Source: Pocillopora damicornis
Taxonomy: Eukaryota
Assembly (NCBI RefSeq): GCF_003704095.1
Contig: NW_020846494.1
Coordinates: forward strand, 62,001 to 126,000
Reading direction: 5' to 3'
Length of the DNA stretch: 64,000 nucleotides
The notes beneath the pieces were generated by a model. It worked only from the letters and a program-made list of their open reading frames with translations. It made no database searches and had not been told where the DNA came from. Made by a program: the position numbers and the translations under genes. How positions within the stretch are numbered: position 1 is the first letter of the stretch; every line of letters starts with the position of its first letter. Below are positions 23,688 to 34,700 of the stretch, in pieces.

Positions 23688-26091
23688 GTCCATCACTATG
23701 ATAGCTGAAGTGCAGACTATTTTAGTGTAATTATTACACTCAAAAAATTGTAGATCTATGAAAGGTTGATTTTAGACTTTGATTATGTAATGCTTGTTAT
23801 TAATAGAACTAAATGTGAATGTATTTAACTTTTTGAAAGTTGCATTCGTTTTGCCTTGATTGTCTAGAGGTAGAAATTCCTGAATATCACCTTGAAAAGT
23901 AGTTACTTAGCCTTGTCTGCACAATGAAGGAATTGAATTTGAAATATTTGAAATTGTAAGCAATTTATATGCTGATGGAAATTTGTCACAAGGAACAGGC
24001 ATGGTAATTGTTGATGAAAATAATGGGTTCATTTTCTGTGCCATTAAATGTAAATATGAACATCAAAATTACATCTAAAAGGAATTTAGAATCAGTTTTA
24101 GTCAATAATATAATTGGAGAATAACAGTGCTATTTCATGAGTAGGGTTATTTGTTTTGATTATCAATAATCTCTGAACTGATCATTGGTTTTGATTTTGT
24201 TTATCAGATGAGAAAAATCATAAAATATTGTCTGTGCTGTATTTCAAAATTTGTATTAGAGAATAATTGACTTATCATTAACTTAGAAGGCAAAAATGTT
24301 GCAAAGAAAACAAGTAATTGTCTTAATTGATGCAAGCATGTATTATTCAATTCTACATTTTATGTGTCAACATTCTTTGTTTATGAAAACCCCAAATATA
24401 TACAGTGTTAGGCCAGAAAGATGGATAAGCTTCACATTTCATAAACCACAAAAATTGACTTGCCAGTGCTGAATATTTGTGTTACTCTTGTGCATTACTC
24501 TTGTTTTGAAATATCACCCTCTCCCTTCACACATGTGATCTCGTATGGGGTGGGTGTGGAATTTTGGAACACATCTGCAGTTTAATAAGGGTAGATAATT
24601 ATGTTTGCATAAGTGGTATCCAAGTCAACAATAGCAGAATTTAGTGAATCAATATGTATGAACATGTAAGACCAAAATCTCTTACTGCTGGATGTAATGC
24701 AGCAATTATTTGAAGGAAAGAATGGTAGAACAGATGTTTCCTTGTAAATTTGAAATAAATAAGAAGCAATCGGTATCAAGATAATGGCCAAGATACAAAA
24801 TAAAGCCAAGTCACATCATGTTTTGTAGTTTTTTTGATTGATGTCTGACAGATGAGATATGCCTCTCTAAGGCCTTGATTGAAATTAACTTCAGTGAATT
24901 AATACTAAGAATTCTCTTTTCTGTGGTTGCTGTGTAGTTCCATACACTCATATTACTCCACTCTCTCTTTCCTATGATGGCTGGGAAATGGAGATATTCA
25001 CAGGAGTGCACATAGAAGTTAGGTAACTTATTGTTTCAGTGAGGACTTGAGTAAAAAGACCAGTTAGAGCTCTCTACATCTTGAGTGTCATTATGCTAAA
25101 AAGATAATGATCCTGACTCAATCATGAAAAGAGACATGGGACAAGAAATAGAAGTCATACTCAAGAAACCAAAAGTTCAAGGTTACAGGTTTTTACCATT
25201 CAGGTCAATTACCAACTTTTGTTTTTCCTTTGGATGAAAAATTAAAGTAACTTTTGAAGGTGTTTCAGTGATTGTGGGAAAAGATTGGAAAACCCAAAAC
25301 AAAAACCAAGCAGATTATGTGAGTTACTACCATGCTCATTGAGAAAAATAACTGAACTGATGACATTGATGTGACTGTTGGATAATTATGAGCCACCTTT
25401 AAGGTGTTCATGGCACAAAGGATTATTCTTTTGCAATAAACTAGAGCAAGAGCTGTTTGTGAACCTCCTACTGTAGTTTTAGGTGCTGGCAGGTGACTGA
25501 ATTGTTATTAAAATCCAATTGGAAAAAATTCATAATCAAATTGCAGCACATCTGAAGAAGAGCCTCGCTTGTCTAAGTTACTCTTGGTATCTCAAATTGC
25601 AAGAGGTTTGTAATTTCTATTTGTAAGAATTGAAACATTTACACTGTAACTCTACTGTGAAAAGCCATGCATTGGATAATGTAGTGATCATAATGATTTT
25701 TTTCAGGCATGCATCTTCTTCCCTAAATAGGTTGGTGGTGCATGTGATTTTTCTTGATTAAATACAGAGTCTAAGGAAGGAAAAGCGATGTGATTCCAGG
25801 TTACTTTCAAGACTTGGATGTAAACTGCTTCCTTAAAAAATATAGATCTAAAGGGGGGCACTAGTAGGAGAGTAAATGAATATTGAAAAAGGATTATAGT
25901 GTATATAGTGTGCTAACTTTACAGCAGATATGCTCGACATCTGTATGATAAGAAGAAAAGAGTTAAGCGAAGAGACGATGTGTTGATGAGAAAACTCAGT
26001 TGAAAGATTGGTTGATTTTTAAGCTGACAGATGGTCAATAGTCTAGTGATGGAAATTACACTGACAAGGAGAAACGACATGTAAGGAGCAC

Positions 26092-26986
26092 GGTTCGCAG
26101 TTGTTTTGATACAAAGTTGTTTGATTCAAGTCATTTTGATACAAGTCGAGGTCGATTTGTTACACATGTAAAGTCGATTTGATACAGACTGAAGTCCTTT
26201 CAATACAGAAGTAAACTTGAGAAAAGTTCAGTATGTGTGTGTTAGTTTTTGTCTTTGATATGTGTGGTGATTTATTGTTTTCTATTCAACAAATAAATAA
26301 ATAAATCTCTGTTCTTGACAACTAAACTTAACCAAAACTTGGTCTCGTTTGTGTGTTCTCATTGTGTAGGAGGCTTTGGTACATGTAGAGTTTCCTGGAG
26401 GTACGGGTTTGTTTTATTTACAACGGAGGTTTGTGTTTGCTCTAGTAGAGTGGTTTGGCAAGAGGATGAGAATATTTGTTGACAACGGCGCATGTAGAAG
26501 AAATGCCATTGAGAAACTGGGTCCAGAATGTCACCCCATTGTGTCTCAGAAGTGACTTAGCAGTTGTTGCAATGAACTGTTAACATTATATTTGTTCTTG
26601 AATTCCCTAACCTTGGATCTTTTAAGATCACCATCACCTTTGAATTTTTGGTCTTATAGACCACTTTAAGGACAAGGAAATTATCTTCTTTGAGAGTTAT
26701 GCAACAAGTGCAAACAGAGGATAGTTATAGATACACACACTTTTTCCTGTTCTGAAATGACGTTCCCTTCCTCTTGCTAAATCCCTCTAGTTGCTTATGG
26801 TGAGTATTTCTTTGAGGGTTTGTTTGGTCATTTATATATAGTATAGTATTCTGTATTAAACAGTAACGTCAGTTTGAAATAACGTCAGTTTGTATCAAAT
26901 TGACTTTACATGTGTAACAAATCAACTTCGACTTGTATCGAAACGACTTGTACCAAAACGACTTTGTATCAAAACGACTGGATTCC
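26092..26986. mobile_element. 895-bp non-autonomous DNA transposon with ~110-130-bp TIRs and 8-bp TSD
   Basis: Left end GGTTCGCAGTTGTTTTGATACAAAGT..GATTTGTTACACATGTAAAGTC.. matches the reverse complement of the right end (..GACTTTACATGTGTAACAAATC..ACTTTGTATCAAAACGACTGGATTCC). Direct repeat AGGAGCAC at 26084-26091 and 26987-26994. No transposase ORF. Confidence 0.9.
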
Positions 26987-27390
26987 AGGAGCACAGAACT
27001 TGTATACTACAGGTAGCCTGTGAGTCTATGCCATTGTTAACATTATTTGAATCAGGTGGTACTGAGTGGGACTGTTGACTCGTATATCATGATCGACTGA
27101 CTGTTGAGCAATGAAAGTAAACTGAAGCTTTGTCAAGGCTACTCAAAGTACACATGATCCACGCATCTAAGAGAAAAAACTCTAGTTCCCTGACAAAGGT
27201 ACGTTATAATTTGGTTTTATCAACTGAAGGTATTGTATGTTGTAGATCAATATAGCCCGCATTTGTCCATAGTTGTAGTCTGGTTAAGACTAAGAAAAAT
27301 CGCAGATATAAAGACAATCATTCAAAACTGAAATTCGAGGAAGACATACTACTTCAATTGAATATAACAAAAACATAATAACTGTATATT

Positions 27391-28044
27391 TTACGAGGAT
27401 TTTTTAAACTCTGTGGCTTCTTCTTTCTGCCACTTTTCAATAAAGTGCAACACTTGTTGAGCTTCTACAAGCTCCTTGTGTATAAAATACTTTCGTCCAT
27501 GAGCTTCAAAGGTAGAAAAAGCTCTATCGTCTGGGTATACAAAAGTGTCATCAGCAGGAAATTCCACTCTTTTTCGAAACGCAAGTAAAGATAACGTCTC
27601 AACAGCGAACATCATTTCCTTTGGATTGAAGTCCATCTTGAGCACATAGGATTTGGTTACAAAATGAAGTAATGCAGTTGAACCTGTACCAATCGTACAT
27701 AATAAAAACACTGCGATCGTCTTCACTGAGGCCGAAGTTGCTTGATTTCCAAAAAGCACCAACAATGGAGAACAAACTAAAGTCGCCGCTGCTGTAGTCA
27801 GGGAAAGCAACTTTACAAGTTTGACTGATCTTGAGATTGGACCTTCATACACAGTTTTCCAGTCGCTTGATTGATCAGTCATACAACGGTACTGCCAACT
27901 TGCCGGCCGCAGAACAGACTTAGTCCTAGGTAATACTTCCTGGTTAACATTCACTGCACTAAAATGCTTTATCCATCTGATTGTGTGTAGAGAACTGAAG
28001 TTTGATGATCGAAATAATGGCTTTCTCCCTAAAATACAAAACAT
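27391..28044 (-). CDS. TMEM70: Transmembrane protein 70, mitochondrial ATP synthase assembly factor (intronless CDS, 217 aa)
   Basis: Basic N-terminal presequence-like region, then YEGPISRSVKLVKLLSLTT, two hydrophobic segments, LLHFVTKSYVLKM and FSTFEA, matching TMEM70 family motifs. First ATG is at 28044; the ORF track starts at an upstream GTG. Confidence 0.9.
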   Translation of the reverse strand: MFCILGRKPLFRSSNFSSLHTIRWIKHFSAVNVNQEVLPRTKSVLRPASWQYRCMTDQSSDWKTVYEGPISRSVKLVKLLSLTTAAATLVCSPLLVLFGNQATSASVKTIAVFLLCTIGTGSTALLHFVTKSYVLKMDFNPKEMMFAVETLSLLAFRKRVEFPADDTFVYPDDRAFSTFEAHGRKYFIHKELVEAQQVLHFIEKWQKEEATEFKKSS

Positions 28045-28049
28045 GTCCA

Positions 28050-28200
28050 CACGATGACTTGTCTGTTCTACTTGTAAACACGTGCATCTGGAAAGCCGCT
28101 GACCTGCCTTAATATTATCACGTGATCCGATCTAAACCAATGAATATAAAGAATATAGAAAGTTTGTCCGCCATTCTCGAGTGGAATGGAGACCGATGAA
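28050..28200. promoter_or_regulatory. Probable bidirectional promoter between TMEM70 and ZC3H18
   Basis: CpG-retaining segment with CACGTG (~28079), palindromic ATCACGTGAT (28117-28126), CCAAT (28137-28141), TATAAA (28145-28150) and YY1-like CCGCCATT (28168-28175). A strong + strand donor TTG|GTGAGT at 28307 suggests a 5'UTR exon. The link to ZC3H18 crosses two gaps, so it is inferred. Confidence 0.6.
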
Positions 28201-29231
28201 ACATATTATTCCTTTATCGTAAATGGATTGTGAAGAAATCTTGGGATGTTTTGATGCTAACCATTGATAACCATATTTTGTAATTGATCAGTTTGGAGTT
28301 GACTTGGTGAGTTATAATTCGGTTCATGGTCTTCGCTATAAATCTTACATTCAACTTGATAATCTGGATGATTTGAAGCTAAGACCTTACATGGTTTGAA
28401 AACATTGTTTGTAGTTTCTTTTTTAAATTGTTTTTTATTTTCGGTTGTAGTCGGTTCTGTCTGTTTGTATGGAGTTGATAGCTCCGTGAGATTTGCGAGG
28501 CTTGCTTACTGTTTGGCGGACTACCTTTATAATTGGAAGTGGTTCAACCACAGCTTTTGGATCGAATTAATCACAATCATTTAGTTATATGTTGTATTAC
28601 AGCTAAAAATCTGCGTGTGTCCCAGCTGCTCGTGGATCATGCACAGAAAAAATGCCAAGAAAAATGAATTTATGATAACTGTCTTCATATTGAATTTCAA
28701 CTTTTCATTAGGGTTCTGTTAGAAATTTTGTTTACAAACCAAGTATTATGGATTAGTTAAACCGTAGATTAATTAAACCTCGTTTCAAAACCANNNNNNN
28801 NNNNNNNNNNNNNNNNNNNNNNNNNNNNNNNNNNNNNNNNNNNNNNNNNNNNNNNNNNNNNNNNNNNNNNNNNNNNNNNNNNNNNNNNNNNNNAAAAAAA
28901 CTTAAACTATTAAAATTTTTTCAAAGAAATTCATACACCTCACTAAGTAACCTGAACCTTCCTGCTTAATAGACCTTTTCAGCTTCATACGTCATAGATT
29001 GGTCACGTGGTCCGACATGGGTAAACAACAGTAGTGGCCATACTCAATTAACTGCGAAGCGTAGAGAATGGTCCACTAGTGTTGCGTTTGTAAATATTTC
29101 AATATTCGAAAATTCCTGATTTGTCTTTTCATAAATACCTTCAAGATTGTAAGCTTCAAAAGTAAATTATCCATGCTATATTTCAAGTCTTCAACTTGTG
29201 GTCCCACGAATTTGTGTTTCAATCTGCACGG

Positions 29232-30653
29232 TTTACTACTACTGTTCCCTCGCTCAAGGCCTACAGAATCCTGAACGTTACACAGCTTAGTCTGTGTGCT
29301 GCTGGTCTTATACTATTAGCTGGTGATATCTGTCCTTAACCTGGTCCTACATTTCAATTAAACAGTTCTGGATTATCGTTTGGCCCCAAAAGTAGAGGAT
29401 TAGCTCTAGCTCATCTTAATATTCGTAGTCTGCTACGCAAGATGGATCAAGTGAATCTCGTCATGGGCGGTGCAAAGTTGTTTCATTTATTTCAGACTTG
29501 GCGAAATGATATGATGCCTGATGACGAGATTCTTATGCCTGGCTATAGCTGTGTGAGGCGGGATCGCCAAAGAAAGGCTGGTGGAGGAGTGGCAATTTAT
29601 TGCCGCGCTTCTATAAATTTTACTGTTCGCGAAGATCTAAATAATTAAAATGAAGCTGTTTGGATTCAAGTGAACCGAAAAATCTGTACACCTCTTGTTG
29701 TTGGTTGTATCTACAGACCACCAGATCAACCTAAAGACAATTTTATTGATAACTTCAGTGAGTCACTGTCTAAGATTGACTCTGGCTTTGACAAGGTCGT
29801 GCTTGGTGACTTTGACATTGATTTTCCAGTTGGAAGGAGAAATGCAAATTCGTCTCAGAAACGATTGCTCAAGGGAATTACTGAGCGTCACGATCTCAAG
29901 CAAGTGATTGAATCTCCAACGCGCGTCACGGAACACTCTGAATCTTTCATCGACTTGTGCTTTACCAATACTCAACGAAAAATTACCGAGTCTGACGTTA
30001 TAGATCCTGGTTTGAGCGATCATTCTTTAGTTTACTGCGCAATGAAGAGCGGTCGTTATCGAGCTCCACCAAAAACGATTCAATTTCGCTCGTATAAAAA
30101 CTACAATAGAGACTCCTTTGTATCTGAACTCCGCCAAGTACCTTGGCATGTGGCTGTAAACAACCATGAAGATATCGATGACTGCATTAACACCTGGAGT
30201 AAACTATTCTCAGAGGTTGCCGAATCCCATGCTCCTAAAAGAACAAGCCGGGTCAGAGGCTTTCTATTCCTTGATTGAACTCTCACGTTACAGATCTTAT
30301 GAATAAGCGCGATTACCACCTGAAGAAAGCCAAGGGAAATAAAAGCAGTATTCATTAGCGTCTGTACCGTGATCTGAGGAACAAAGTCAGCCATAGCATC
30401 AAGAAAGCCAAATCTAATTTTTACACTAACCTGATAATTGACAGTAGCAAATCAAGCGCTAAAGACTTCTGGAGAGCTTCAAATAAACTCTACCCTCTTC
30501 TAAAACGTCCTCCAGAATTACCATTCTGTTAGCTGAGGGCGCCTTTCTCACCTCAGCTCAATCTATTGCCTCGGCTTTTAATACAAACTTCGTGGGTGTG
30601 AGAAAATTCCTTGTGGAAAAGATCGTTCCTGAGACGTACACAGCTAAAGCTAT
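29232..30653 (+). mobile_element. CR1/L2-group LINE, copy A (APE endonuclease region; 5'-truncated, runs into a gap; stops and frameshifts)
   Basis: Motifs HLNIRSL, RRDR..GGGVAIY, VGCIYRPP, VLGDF, PTRVT..IDLCF, GLSDHSLV, RSYKNY. Closely similar to the reverse complement of 42453-43883. Confidence 0.93.
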
Positions 30654-30753
30654 NNNNNNNNNNNNNNNNNNNNNNNNNNNNNNNNNNNNNNNNNNNNNNN
30701 NNNNNNNNNNNNNNNNNNNNNNNNNNNNNNNNNNNNNNNNNNNNNNNNNNNNN

Positions 30754-30940
30754 GTTTGCATATTCTCCATAATGTTCCCTATGCTTGTTGTAAGATACTA
30801 ACAAGGATTATTTATTTAACAATCAAGAGCTTCTTTAGTAGATGACCATCTCCCTTATTGTCATGACCTTAATGTGCAATTCAGAAGTTATCATGTTAGG
30901 AGAATTTGATGCTAGTCACTCGTAGGGGTCAAAGTGTTAT
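30754..30940. repeat. Short interspersed MITE-like repeat (TTAACCC...GGGTTAA-type family, degenerate)
   Basis: Ends ..GATGCTAGTCACTCGTAGGGGTCAAAGTGTTA. Loosely related degenerate termini occur at ~5709, ~11350, ~32310 and ~44545. Family assignment is from memory of coral repeats. Confidence 0.5.
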
Positions 30941-31087
30941 AAAGATATCAGAATTTCTTTGGGTTGAACACAATTAAAAATTTTTATTGAAATCTCTACT
31001 TTCGAACTCAACCAATAACAACACAATGTTCAGAAACTCTCTTGAAGCATTGTAGAGGTTTAAAATACATGTGAAAGAAAATTATTA

Positions 31088-31411
31088 TTATAGCGGAGCT
31101 CGCAGAGGGTAGCCCCATAATTATACAAAATGGTAGTAGTAATAGTAACCCATCAAGCCAAAAAAAATTTGGACTTACAACTGTACGACTGTACAACCAT
31201 ACAAGTTGCTACTTTTAACATGCATGGTCAGCTGTACCGCGGGCACGCCAACACCACAGCTTTGTCCAGTAGTCCAGTGGTCAGTGCACTGGGCTCTGAG
31301 TCAGACGAGCTGGGTTCTAGTCCTGGCCGGGGCAAGGCGTTGTGTCCTTGAGATGTGCAGGGAAAAAGAATGCGAGCTCTGCTTTTAGGCTTGGCAAAAT
31401 CTATATATTAT
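31088..31411 (+). mobile_element. Non-autonomous Helentron/DINE-like element containing a tRNA-derived segment
   Basis: Asymmetric subterminal inverted repeat AGCGGAGCTCGCA (31092-31104) / TGCGAGCTCTGCT (31371-31383), short 3' tail TTTAGGCTTGGCAAAATCTATATATTA, AT-rich flanks, no clear TSD. Confidence 0.6.
31263..31334 (+). pseudogene. tRNA-Gln(CTG)-like sequence / tRNA-SINE head
   Basis: 72 nt. Acceptor-like pairing TGTCCAG/CGGGGCA, A-box-like TAGTCCAGTGG, CT-CTG-AG anticodon loop, B-box-like GGTTCTAGTCC. D and anticodon stems are imperfect. Confidence 0.65.
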
Positions 31412-31724
31412 TCAAAAGTAATAATGGATGTTTGTTACTTTGTTGAAGTTTATTTTTAATTGTGGTTGCATCTATATGTTGTATTCATATTGTAGTAGCA
31501 GTATCTAAGATTTGTGAGACAAACATCCTTTTAACTACATCAACTACATAAGAGGCTTACTATGACATTTTACAGAGAGGCTGTTTAACCATGTCACTGA
31601 AATTGTTTGCTGCACCAAAATCAGCTGTCCTTAAAATATAAATCCTCTGGTACTTCAAACACTTGAGTGATACAATTGTACATTTTGACGACTGAAAGAT
31701 TTTCATGAATTTTAGATAGGTCCA

Positions 31725-34700
31725 ATGGACCCTGAACGAAGTCATGTGTCAGTCCAGAATGATGACAACCACAGAAGTGTATTGCCATCAAGCTCCATAG
31801 AGGAAGGATCTTGTTCTGTGGCAGTGGAGGTCTCTGATTCTGAAGGAAAGGAGAATGTACTTGTGGAGAAAGTTCAGGAGATAGCATTAGACAGCAGTAG
31901 TAGTGTCAAGACAGAATGGACAACTTCGAGGGCAAGCATTCATTTAACAACAAGTGTGCATAATAAGACTGGAGCAATGTTTGAAGAGGAAGAAGAAGGA
32001 GAACTTGATTACGAGGAGGATGAAGGCGAAGTACCAGGGGGCCAAGAGGATAAGAATGGCCTAAGAAATGATGTTGATGATGGTAAAGAGGAAGGTGAAG
32101 TAGAAGATGATGAGCAAGATGATGAGGGTGAAGAAGGAGAAATCCTCTCAGATGATGATGATAAGGTAAAGGGCTTTTACATCCCCAAGATCCTTAAATT
32201 AAATCTCCTTGCTTTGTTTGTATGTTTCTCAACATATTAGTTCTGATAATTTGGTGCTAATCAAGCATTGATATTGTATGGAAAAATTACTGTCTGGTAA
32301 CTATGAGGAATGAAAGGGTGAAGAAAGTTCCAAGCCACGGATCCAAACTTTTGAGAAAAACTTATTTATTTGGCTATACATCCATGAATGTATTAAAAAG
32401 AAGATAAATTTGTTCAAAAAATGAGTGGGGTAAGTTTGGAAAAGAACGTTGTATCCTGGTGCTATAACTGTATTTCCAGCTAAGTTTGTATAGGTATGTG
32501 TGTTGTTTTAAAATTTTTTATTTGCTTTTCAGGTAAATGCAGAGAAAAAGCCTCAAGAACAAAAAGATTCGGCTAAGAATGAGGTAAAAAAGGGAATAAT
32601 AAGTTAGTTATGGTGCATTCTTACCAGTATAACCTTTGTGCTGTTATGATATGTAACGCACACAAAGTTAATGAGTAGAAGACCTCAGTAGTTTCTTTGA
32701 AATCTTTTAATGAATGAGCAAGCATTAGACAAGGTATATATCTAGAAAGAGATACTGATTGTGGTTATAATTATGGTCATGATGAATAAATTGAGAGGTC
32801 AGTAATTATGTAATAACCAAAAAGTTGATATTGAAATTTTCACTCCAGAGATTTGGAGTCAATTCAAGTAACTGATGACCATACACTTCTGTAGCCAGTT
32901 TGAGTGAAATTGATTTTATAAGGGGGCTAAGCATATAAATAGAAGAGGATAGTGTCCAACCTTGTCATTACTTGTCTTCACAGTGGTGTATTGAAATTGT
33001 AACGAGAATTTAGGCCTTTGATTACTCCTGGCAGTCATGGAGTTAATGAAAAATCTCACCTAAATGTCTACTCTTTAATTTTCTTTTGTTAGGCTGATGG
33101 CCCTGAAGAAGGAGAAGTGATTGATGATGGAGATTCCATGGGTAATTGAAATGGAATGTTATGATTCAATTGGTTTCCTTTTTTTTTTGACAAATTACCG
33201 ACAAAAGCATTTAACATTTCTAAAATACTGTATAGCATGAAAAATTTGGGGATTTGGAGGATAGTTTTTGATTGGTAAAGTTAAGCTCAAGAAAAAGATT
33301 CCTACAATATAATAAACTCACTGAATTTCACAGAAATGGGTTTGCATAGTAACAAGAAATTACAAATAGTGTTTCCCAGTGTAATTTATCTTTTTTTGTG
33401 CAGGGCACTGAAAAATTTAGTCAGCCCCATCCTGAGAATAGTAGAGTTTAGCTTTATTTTGGTAATCATTTCTTATCTTAGGTGAAAATTGTGTTTTGGA
33501 GTGATTAAAAAAAAAAAAAAGCATGTTAAGTGGTATGTTGCTCGCAATGATCAAACCACTGCATTTGGGTATGTACGTCACACCGATCAGATTGCCACAG
33601 TAGGTTATGTATCTGGCACTAATCATGTCACAGCATTTGGATATCTTGCACCAATCACAGCATTTAGGGTATGTGTCTTGCACCGATCACAGCATTTAGG
33701 GTATGTGTCTCGCACCAATCAGAATGCTGCATTAGGTTATGATCTCACACCAATCATATAAGAGCATTTGGTTATCTTTCACCAATCACAGTGTTTAGGG
33801 TATATGTCTGGCACCAATCATATCACAGCTTTCTTGCAAATGATGCCATGGAATCAGGAGGCTGTGCACAAAGAATGATATAAACCATAAATTTTGGGCT
33901 AGTTTTGATAAGTGCTATGGTTTGTGGCCTTCACAAGAGCCTCTTTGATTAAGGTCGAGATTCATCAGGATATGAAAGGTTCCCATCATTTGTATCATTT
34001 TTAAGTTTAAAATTTTTTTTTTCAGCTCCTTTACTTACAACTCACGCACCAAACAACCTACATTCCATCATGTACCATGAAAACAGCATCCAAAGTATAA
34101 TCAAAACATACCCAATCATTGCACTGCATGAACATCAGGCAATTTTTCGTGTGCTTGAATTGTATTCCACCAATCAAATTCCATTTTGCCAAATTAGACT
34201 TTGCGTTTAAACTTTTTCTACAAACAATTTTGGCTTTTAGCTACCTTAGACTTAATCCAATTGAGTGTTAATTCCTTGTTAACAACCTGCATTTATATCA
34301 CACACAGAGGGCAAAGTCCAGATAGGCAACAACCAATCAAGGAGCCCTCTTTGAAATATTATCCTTTTCTCTTGGTCAGTGTATCTTCACTCATTTGAGA
34401 TCCCAATATATCTTTTGTTAAGGTCTATTGGAGATACAACAGGGTTTCAGTTTGCTTTTTCGTGGAATTATGTGGAATTTTATTTTTGAGGCAGCTATCT
34501 GTAGATGAATAATTTTTATTTTCTCTCTGTTAGAGGAATGTTGGTAAACATAGTCTCTTTCGCAATCGTTATTTGGTCTCATCAGGCAGTGCACTCTCTC
34601 TCCAACAGGTATTATATGGTGTTTTGTGATGAGACCAAACAACAGCTGTGAGGAGAACAACAGTAAATGTGGCACTGATGCATTTTATTTTTGTTTAGAA

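Noticed and set aside
31263-31334. Functional tRNA-Gln gene
   Set aside because: D and anticodon stems are mispaired, there is no adjacent oligo-T terminator, and it runs into SINE-core sequence inside a repeat.
33530-33830. Regularly spaced ~32-bp repeats as a CRISPR-like array
   Set aside because: Units are contiguous and degenerate, with no unique spacers and no cas genes; the context is a eukaryotic intron.
34201-34398. ORF ending KYYPFLL with TTATCCTTTT, resembling a second U12 donor in ZC3H18
   Set aside because: The motif starts TT rather than GT/AT, and exon 33093-33141 joins 34767 in frame without it.
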